DNA of 64,000 bases, from positions 8,477 to 72,476 of the forward strand of contig JBHAFI010000148.1 in the NCBI GenBank assembly GCA_041856045.1. The letters run 5' to 3'. Position 1 is the stretch's first letter. Every line of letters begins with the position of its first letter. The notes beneath the pieces were generated by a model. It had not been told where the DNA came from, searched no databases, and saw nothing but the letters and a program-made list of their open reading frames with translations. This document shows, in pieces, positions 55,751 to 64,000 of the stretch. The position numbers and the translations under genes are program-made. Source of the DNA: Porphyromonas sp. (GTDB lineage Bacteria > Bacteroidota > Bacteroidia > Bacteroidales > Porphyromonadaceae).

Positions 55751-57335
55751 GCAAATTGCTCTCGCCTTAGCAACTATTGCATTCTTGAGTGCCTGTGGTA
55801 GTAAGAAGAAAGCAGGGACGCAAGCACAGCCTCCTAGCCCCGTAGAGGTAAAGCCCGTACCAACGCCAAAGCCGACGAGTTGGGCTCCTCCTCTTGGTGA
55901 TAGTATCAAGTATGAGATGCGTGCCGTATGGATAACAACTGCGTACGGACTCGATTGGCCCAAGGTAAAGGCAGATACACCCAATGGCGAACGCAGACAA
56001 AAGGAAGAGTTGGAGCGTATCCTTGATCGCTTGGTCGGTGATGGATATAATACAGTCTTTTTCCAAGCACGCTTATCGGGAAGTGTAAACTATTACAGTA
56101 AGGAACCCTTTAGCCGTCTATTCACCTCGAGTGGCGAGCGTCCTAATTACGATCCTCTTACTTTTGCCGTAGAAGCCTGTCGCCGTAGAGGTTTGTCGGT
56201 ACACGCTTGGGTCGTTACCTATCCCTTGTCATCACTCAAGGGTGTTCCTCACCCGATTGCTAGGCAAAACCCGGCTTGGGTAGTGATGCACCGAGGGGGT
56301 AGACACTTAGACCCCGGGGTGCCAGATGTTCGCTCTTATATTGCTCACCTTACGGCTGATATTGTGCGTCGCTATGATGTCGATGGGGTACACTTCGATT
56401 ACTTCCGCTACCCCGAGGAGGCAGAGCGTTTTAATGATGCCAATAGTTATGCCCGTTATGGTGGAGGTATGGAGAAGAACGAATGGCGACGTAGCAACCT
56501 GACGAAGCAACTCGTAGAGATACAGGATAGTATAAGGGGCTTCAAGCCCGAGGTGCAGATAAGTGTTGCTCCGCTAGGTAAGTTGCGTAAACTCGAAGAC
56601 CTCGGTCGTCCTCATGGCTGGACAGCCTATGAGAGCGTACATCAAGATGTCAAGACTTGGGCAAAGCGTAAACTAGTGGACTTTGTCGTACCTATGATGT
56701 ACTACAAAGACGATCTATATGAGCCTTTCTTGATCGATTGGCAGGAGGCTGTCGGTAAGTATATTCCCGTTGTGGCAGGCTTGGCACCTTATCGTGTGAA
56801 TAGTCGTGAGGAGAAATATCCTTGGTCGGCTAGTGTCATACAAGAGCAGATACAACTAGCACGCCGTCATCAGGCTGCTGGGGTGAGTATGTTTAGAGAG
56901 GGTAATATCGGGCCATCACAACCCTATCTGCGTACATTGATACAGCGTGAGTTTAAGCACACGGCACTAGTACCTCCTCTAGAGCGAGGATTGCTCTCAA
57001 AGCCTCAGCAACCAACAGGCTTGCATATCACCATTCAAGAGGGGAAGCGTATGAAACTCAGTTGGCAGATGCCCCAAAGCTCAACTGCGGGTATTAGTTA
57101 CCGAGTATGGGCGACGACCATACACGAGAATGGACAACGAGAGAGTTTCTTACTTGTGCAGGGACTTACGAGTACGGAGTGTATGCTTCGCTTACTAGAT
57201 TTCCGCGAACACGATTGCCTAGAACTTGGTGTAGAGGCTGTAAACCGCTTTGGGGTATCGACGCCTTGTGATCGTGCCGTGGAGTTTAACTTAGTACAAG
57301 ATCGCATTACAAGCGAGGTACACAAACAACAATAA
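55737..57335 (+). CDS. Lipoprotein, GH10-like/DUF187 (YngK-type) glycoside-hydrolase-like protein
   Basis: Lipobox (FLSAC), an EMRAVWITTAYGLDWP start to a TIM-barrel-like domain, and a C-terminal beta-sandwich-like tail. Overlaps panC by 14 nt. Confidence 0.6.
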   Translation: MQYAKQIALALATIAFLSACGSKKKAGTQAQPPSPVEVKPVPTPKPTSWAPPLGDSIKYEMRAVWITTAYGLDWPKVKADTPNGERRQKEELERILDRLVGDGYNTVFFQARLSGSVNYYSKEPFSRLFTSSGERPNYDPLTFAVEACRRRGLSVHAWVVTYPLSSLKGVPHPIARQNPAWVVMHRGGRHLDPGVPDVRSYIAHLTADIVRRYDVDGVHFDYFRYPEEAERFNDANSYARYGGGMEKNEWRRSNLTKQLVEIQDSIRGFKPEVQISVAPLGKLRKLEDLGRPHGWTAYESVHQDVKTWAKRKLVDFVVPMMYYKDDLYEPFLIDWQEAVGKYIPVVAGLAPYRVNSREEKYPWSASVIQEQIQLARRHQAAGVSMFREGNIGPSQPYLRTLIQREFKHTALVPPLERGLLSKPQQPTGLHITIQEGKRMKLSWQMPQSSTAGISYRVWATTIHENGQRESFLLVQGLTSTECMLRLLDFREHDCLELGVEAVNRFGVSTPCDRAVEFNLVQDRITSEVHKQQ

Positions 57336-57336
57336 G

Positions 57337-58461
57337 ATGAACCTCTATATACACGTACCTTTTTGTGCTCAGAGATGTAACTATTGCGACTTTTACACGC
57401 AGACCCAGCAAGGTCTGCGTGTTGGTTATATAGAGGCTCTCTTGTGCGAACTGCGTAGCCGACGCAACGAACTATATCCCCACGAAACACTAAACAATAT
57501 CTATCTCGGGGGCGGGACACCTTCGCTACTTAGTATCGCAGAGTTGGAGCGTATCTTCTCGCATATTTATGACTTGTATCCGATCTCGTCTGATGCCGAG
57601 ATAACGCTCGAGGCAAATCCCGACGATATAACGATAGACTATGCTCAGGGACTCAAAGATTTACCCATCAATCGTGTAAGTATGGGCACGCAGAGTTTCC
57701 AAGAGGAGGATCTACGCTTTCTAAATCGCCGACACAATCGTAGGCAAGTATATGATGCTGTCGATCGACTACGTCATATCGGTATTGATAACCTTAGTTT
57801 GGATCTTATCTACGGACTACCTAATCAGACCGAAAAGACGTGGGCAGACAATCTAGAGCAAATATGTTCGTTAGACGTACCCCATATATCGGCTTACCAC
57901 TTAATCTACGAGGAGGGGACAGCACTAACAAGGTTGCGAGATCTAGGTAAGGTACAGGAGGTCAGTGAGGCTGATAGTGTAATGTTCTTCCGAATGCTTA
58001 TAGAGCGACTCTCGCAAGCCGGCTATGAGCATTATGAGATCTCCAACTTTGCCAAGCCCGGGCATTATGCTAGGCTTAATACGGGTTACTGGCTTGGAGA
58101 GCGATACATAGGACTAGGGCCAGCGGCTCATAGTTATGATGGTAAGGTACGGAGTCACAACGTAGCGTCCGTTAAACTTTATACCGAGGGCTGGAAGGAG
58201 TCTAAACGAGTCTACGAGGCAGAGGAACTTAGCGATCTAGAGCGACAACACGAGTATTTGATGACACGACTACGTACCCAGTGGGGCGTATCCCTTAGGG
58301 ACTATGCATCGTTGTTTAGTGAGCAGGCGGTCGAGGACTTACTCGGGAGGGCGGGTAGTTATATCCGACGTGGGGATCTCTTGCTAAGTGATGATGTCCT
58401 TAGACTAAGCCCTAGTGGTATATTCATCAGTGATGCTATTCTAGTTGAGTTGTTTGATTAG
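57337..58461 (+). CDS. hemW: Radical SAM heme chaperone / oxygen-independent coproporphyrinogen oxidase-like protein
   Basis: HVPFCAQRCNYCDF (CxxxCxxC), 374 aa. Confidence 0.85.
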   Translation: MNLYIHVPFCAQRCNYCDFYTQTQQGLRVGYIEALLCELRSRRNELYPHETLNNIYLGGGTPSLLSIAELERIFSHIYDLYPISSDAEITLEANPDDITIDYAQGLKDLPINRVSMGTQSFQEEDLRFLNRRHNRRQVYDAVDRLRHIGIDNLSLDLIYGLPNQTEKTWADNLEQICSLDVPHISAYHLIYEEGTALTRLRDLGKVQEVSEADSVMFFRMLIERLSQAGYEHYEISNFAKPGHYARLNTGYWLGERYIGLGPAAHSYDGKVRSHNVASVKLYTEGWKESKRVYEAEELSDLERQHEYLMTRLRTQWGVSLRDYASLFSEQAVEDLLGRAGSYIRRGDLLLSDDVLRLSPSGIFISDAILVELFD

Positions 58462-58544
58462 TCGTCTTTGCCTCACAGCCTAGCGTTGCCTAGGATTATA
58501 ATATAGCGAGGCATCTCGCCTTAGCATATCGAGATGGGATAATA

Positions 58545-58581
58545 CAACAAATGGAGGGCAGGCCCTGCTCTCCATTTGTTG
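58545..58581. terminator. Shared stem-loop between convergent hemW and the DUF2023 gene
   Basis: 12-bp arms CAACAAATGGAG/CTCCATTTGTTG. Confidence 0.6.
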
Positions 58582-58604
58582 TATAGTCTTGCTTCCTAAG
58601 TCCT

Positions 58605-59027
58605 CTAGGCAACAGTATCATCTATGACTAGGGCTTCGTCCTTGATGCGGGTATGATAGCGTTCGCACTGTCCGCAGATGTCGTAACCGAGCATCGCCCC
58701 GATGATGAAGTCTTGCTCGTGGTCAAGTTCGTGTAGATCACGATCGACAAGGAAACGCTGTACTAGGTCGATACAAGCCTTACGCCCAAAGAACAGGTTT
58801 ACTTTGTTTCCACTCGGTGTAGGCTTACAGTAGTAGGCAATCTCTCGGGCTTCCAACTTCGGAATGATTGCTTGACAATCATCTTCGGATAGAGTGCAGA
58901 GTACCATATACCTAATGCCTTTCTCGTACTCGTAGATATGATGCGTTGCTATGCGTTGCATCGTGCTATCCGATGAGAATATATCTATCTGCTCCACGAG
59001 GGACTGAGCGTAATTATTGAGCCACAT
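58605..59027 (-). CDS. DUF2023-family protein
   Basis: HHIYEYEKGIRYMVLCT and GAMLGYDICGQCERY segments match my recollection of DUF2023. The true start could be the internal ATG at 58961. Confidence 0.5.
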   Translation of the reverse strand: MWLNNYAQSLVEQIDIFSSDSTMQRIATHHIYEYEKGIRYMVLCTLSEDDCQAIIPKLEAREIAYYCKPTPSGNKVNLFFGRKACIDLVQRFLVDRDLHELDHEQDFIIGAMLGYDICGQCERYHTRIKDEALVIDDTVA

Positions 59028-59056
59028 ATCTTTGTTAATGCTTCGTTTATCTAGGG

Positions 59057-59064
59057 CAAAGGTA
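59057..59064 (-). promoter_or_regulatory. -7 box TACCTTTG for the DUF2023 gene
   Basis: 30 bp upstream of ATG 59027. Confidence 0.45.
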
Positions 59065-59199
59065 CTGGCATTCCAAGGCTCGTGAAATACCTACATCTAG
59101 TGAATTATCATCTCTCGACTACCTACCAAAGACTACTATCCGATAGTCCTCTATGTGCAGGGCTTAGCCTTTGCATTCCTGTCTATGCCTATAAGGTAA

Positions 59200-59236
59200 C
59201 TATGCCCTAGCACTCTTTGTGTGTGCTAGGGCATAG
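59200..59236 (-). terminator. Stem-loop directly after the DUF695 gene
   Basis: 14-bp arms CTATGCCCTAGCAC/GTGCTAGGGCATAG. No clear T-tract. Confidence 0.45.
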
Positions 59237-59239
59237 CCT

Positions 59240-59683
59240 TTAGTCGTCGTCGCTTTCGTCCGATTGCATACTCAGCATATCAAGGTACTCTTCCCAGTCC
59301 TCGTCCTCTTCGCAATGAATGTCGAGAGGGAGTGTCGGGTAAGGAGCGAGTACTTCGTTAAGACGCTCGCCAAAAGTAGGGAGATGTCGCGTGTACCAGA
59401 TCCAATACTTCTCACCGCCACCGGTGTAATTGCCTGTAAGGATAGCGAGTTTGTCACGCTCCATCACTTTGCGTAGGAGGGGTTCCAACTCTGCTATTAG
59501 TTCGCCATCACGCTCATCAGGCATACCCTCGCTATCGCTGTTGTATGCCCAGCGAATATCTACTCGTACTTTGAGTTTACGACTAAGGCGAAAGTCCTCG
59601 AGATCTAGGCGTCCCGTGACGAAGACAAGTCCTCCGTTGTCTGCCTCACTAAGGGCTGTAAACCAATTGTCAGATAGTTTCAT
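59240..59683 (-). CDS. DUF695-family protein
   Basis: MKLSDNWFTA...KLAILTGNYTGGGEKYWIWYTR resembles DUF695 proteins. Has an acidic C-terminus. Confidence 0.45.
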   Translation of the reverse strand: MKLSDNWFTALSEADNGGLVFVTGRLDLEDFRLSRKLKVRVDIRWAYNSDSEGMPDERDGELIAELEPLLRKVMERDKLAILTGNYTGGGEKYWIWYTRHLPTFGERLNEVLAPYPTLPLDIHCEEDEDWEEYLDMLSMQSDESDDD

Positions 59684-59689
59684 CTTGCT

Positions 59690-61594
<1,905 letters not shown>

Positions 61595-61659
61595 TTATAA
61601 TTGTCTGGTGTATAGCCTACTACGGGCTTATCTAGTTTTGCCCTCTGTGCAGAGCCATA

Positions 61660-61751
61660 GTGTACATTATATGTATACTGCGGTATACACTATATGTATA
61701 CTCGAGTATACATTATATGAATACTCCTGTATACATCGTATGTACACTCTA
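61660..61751. repeat. 4 x 23-bp tandem array, each unit an 8-3-8 palindrome (GTATACAT-nnn-ATGTATAC) plus a 4-bp spacer
   Basis: Units at 61660, 61683, 61706 and 61729, in the dusB to GH13 amylase spacer, 120-215 bp upstream of the amylase ATG. Confidence 0.9.
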
Positions 61752-61777
61752 AGGATACAACTCGGCTAGGGTCGGAC

Positions 61778-62773
61778 TTATTGTTTGTAATGCTCGAGTA
61801 CCAAACTCTCGGCTAGGTCTATCGTCTTGAATAGTTCCTCTCGGGTATTGGCTTGGAGCATCGCTATACGGATAGGTTTGAAGTTGTCGATACCCTTGAA
61901 TATAGGACTCGTAGCAATATGGCGACGGCTGTGTAGTATGCCTCTATATTCGTCTAGTTTGGCAATGTTGCTGTCTATTTGCTGGCGTAGTATGTCGATA
62001 TAGAACGAGGGATTATGCTTGGGCATCTCCTTACCTTTGGCCATATAGTACTTCATCTCCTCGAATATCCAAGGCTGACCAATAGATGCACGTCCGACCA
62101 TAACGCCATCGACACCATAGGTGTCAAAAGCACGTTGAGCCTCCTCGCCCGTAGTGATGTCCCCATTCCCTATAATCGGGATATGCATACGAGGATTATT
62201 CTTGACCTCACCGATAAGTGTCCAGTCGGCTTGACCCGTGTACATCTGTGCTCGGGTACGTCCGTGTATCGTGAGGGCAGCGATACCGCAGTCTTGTAGT
62301 TCTTCTGCCAATTCGACGATAATACGACTATCGTGGTCCCAGCCTAGACGGGTCTTTACGGTTACGGGGATCTTTACGGCTTTGACGATCTCACGTACAA
62401 TCTCTACCATAAGGTCGGGACAGCGTAGCATACCACTACCAGCACCTTTGCCAGCCACACGCTTGACGGGACAACCGAAGTTGAGATCCAAGATATTGGG
62501 CTGTGCCTCCTCACATATACGAGCCGCCTCTACCATAGCATCGACCTCTCTGCCGTATATTTGAATGGCAGCAGGACGCTCCTCTGGGTCTATACGCAGT
62601 TTACGTTTGGTACTCGCTATGTCGCGAATAAGTGCGTCGCTACTTACAAACTCTGTGTACACCATATCGGCACCGAAGCGACGACACAGTAGACGGAAGG
62701 CAACGTCTGTAACGTCTTCCATCGGAGCAAGTAATAACGGGCGTTCGCCTAAATCAATGTCAGCAATTTTCAT
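61778..62773 (-). CDS. dusB: tRNA-dihydrouridine synthase
   Basis: LAPMEDVTD and DLNFGCPVKRV motifs, 331 aa. Confidence 0.9.
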   Translation of the reverse strand: MKIADIDLGERPLLLAPMEDVTDVAFRLLCRRFGADMVYTEFVSSDALIRDIASTKRKLRIDPEERPAAIQIYGREVDAMVEAARICEEAQPNILDLNFGCPVKRVAGKGAGSGMLRCPDLMVEIVREIVKAVKIPVTVKTRLGWDHDSRIIVELAEELQDCGIAALTIHGRTRAQMYTGQADWTLIGEVKNNPRMHIPIIGNGDITTGEEAQRAFDTYGVDGVMVGRASIGQPWIFEEMKYYMAKGKEMPKHNPSFYIDILRQQIDSNIAKLDEYRGILHSRRHIATSPIFKGIDNFKPIRIAMLQANTREELFKTIDLAESLVLEHYKQ

Positions 62774-62807
62774 CTTTTGTCTTAATAGTTATTGAGTCTT
62801 GGAGGGC

Positions 62808-64000
62808 TTAGGCTTTACGCTCTTCCTCCTGTGCTAGGTAGCGGCTTGCCACCTCTAGGGCTCTGTGTATGTCACGACATATATACTCCGAGCCAATGAG
62901 TGCCTCGAGTCCCGAGCGCGTGAGCGTATCGTGTACACGCTCGTTCACGCCACTTAGGATAAGCCTTGCACCTTGTTTATCTAGATTTTTATAGAGTTCT
63001 TCGAGGTTGTGAATAGCCGTAGAGTCCATAAAAGGAACAAATCTCATACGCAGGATACAGACCTTGGAGCGGTTACTCGTCTCTGCCTTGAGAGCCATCT
63101 CCATCTGTTCCTCAAAGCCCGAGGCTGTCCCAAAGAAGAATGGACCCTCGAGCTCGTAGACCTCCACTCCTTTGGGTAGGTCTAGATGCTCGGTATCGGT
63201 ATGTATGACGTCATCGTTCTTACTGTTTACCCCGAGAGTATCGCGTGCTACGCTAATGCTTGTCGCGTCAATCATACGTTTGATGATAAATATCATAGAG
63301 AGCAATATACCAGTCTCTAGTGCGAAGATGAGCGAACCGAATATAGTGAAGAAAAGAGTCGTTAGCAAGACGGTCGAGCCGAGTTTGGGGCCACGTAGCA
63401 TATTCTTTATCGTTCGCCACCCACTCATATTGAGGGCTACAACCATCAGTACTCCGGCGAGCGAAGCCATAGGAATATAAGATACTAGAGGCATTAACCA
63501 CAAGAACGAGAGCAATAGTACTAGGGCGTGGACGATACCAGCCATAGGAGTACGACCTCCGTTATTGACGTTGGTCATAGTACGTGCTGTTGCCCCCGTT
63601 ACGGGTAATCCTCCTATGAATGGAATGGCGATATTGGCTACACCAAGAGCGATGAGTTCGGTGTTGGGAGAGTGCTTGTCGCCTATCATACCATCGACAA
63701 TACGAGCCGTCAAGAGGCTCTCGATAACTGCGAGTAGGGCGATAGAGAAAGCAGGCTCTACGAGTTTTGCCATCAAGAGGAAGTCTAGATGTGGTACTTG
63801 TAGAGGAGGGAGAGCCGAACTGATAGAGAAACGATCTCCAATAGTCGCGATACTATCGATCCCGGCATAAGTGCGTAGGAGATACACCCCGAGGGTCGTG
63901 ATAACGAGTGCTAGCAAAGCCCCGGGAATAGCCTTGGTAATGCGTGGCGAGAGTTGTATGATAGCGATTGTCACTAAGCCGACAGCGAGAGTAGCCCAGT
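62808..64000 (-). CDS. SulP-family anion transporter with C-terminal STAS domain (3' part; N-terminus beyond the right edge)
   Basis: The reading frame stays open from 63974 to the window edge (...WATLAVGLVTIAIIQL...). Polytopic membrane segment followed by a STAS domain (VCILRMRFVPFMDSTAIHNLEEL). Confidence 0.85.
   Translation of the reverse strand, partial: WATLAVGLVTIAIIQLSPRITKAIPGALLALVITTLGVYLLRTYAGIDSIATIGDRFSISSALPPLQVPHLDFLLMAKLVEPAFSIALLAVIESLLTARIVDGMIGDKHSPNTELIALGVANIAIPFIGGLPVTGATARTMTNVNNGGRTPMAGIVHALVLLLSFLWLMPLVSYIPMASLAGVLMVVALNMSGWRTIKNMLRGPKLGSTVLLTTLFFTIFGSLIFALETGILLSMIFIIKRMIDATSISVARDTLGVNSKNDDVIHTDTEHLDLPKGVEVYELEGPFFFGTASGFEEQMEMALKAETSNRSKVCILRMRFVPFMDSTAIHNLEELYKNLDKQGARLILSGVNERVHDTLTRSGLEALIGSEYICRDIHRALEVASRYLAQEEERKA

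Overview
This 64-kb window reads as core chromosome of a Bacteroidota genome, probably Porphyromonas/Bacteroidales-like. That placement is an inference from TAnnTTTG -7 boxes, a FeoA-FeoB fusion, an Mfa1-type fimbrillin, a V-ATPase E gene next to DUF2764, and glycine-lipid-type acyltransferases. I can support 54 protein-coding genes, two of them cut by the window edges, and almost all are housekeeping. They cover the oxidative pentose-phosphate genes gnd/zwf/pgl, feoAB, anaerobic RNR nrdDG, ribD, prmC, class I fumarase, malQ and a GH13 amylase. They also include phoH-purC-ubiE-rsmG, xseA, msrA, rsmA, mnmA, asd, panC, hemW, dusB, a TolC/HlyD/ABC-2 efflux cluster and a BlaI/BlaR1-TonB sensor pair. 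I found no rRNA, tRNA, CRISPR array, transposase, integrase, prophage or recognisable defence or toxin genes, and no convincing novel protein-coding system. The unusual part is the non-coding fraction. Several 0.5-1.1 kb spacers have no ORF of 60 codons or more in the supplied track, and they carry short-repeat arrays whose periods cluster near 22 bp or its multiples (21, 22, 23, 44, 65 bp). These include two unlinked arrays of four CTAG-centred palindromes at exact 22-bp steps and a ~285-bp dispersed element present twice, built from a 13-bp motif phased every 23 bp. The two element copies bracket the fumarase-TonB-BlaR1-BlaI block. There is also a 4 x 23-bp array of 8-3-8 palindromes upstream of the amylase gene. 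A diverged tandem duplication has turned the 3' half of the BlaR1-TonB gene into a stand-alone TonB-like gene. All functional readings of the non-coding arrays are hypotheses, because no database search could be run.
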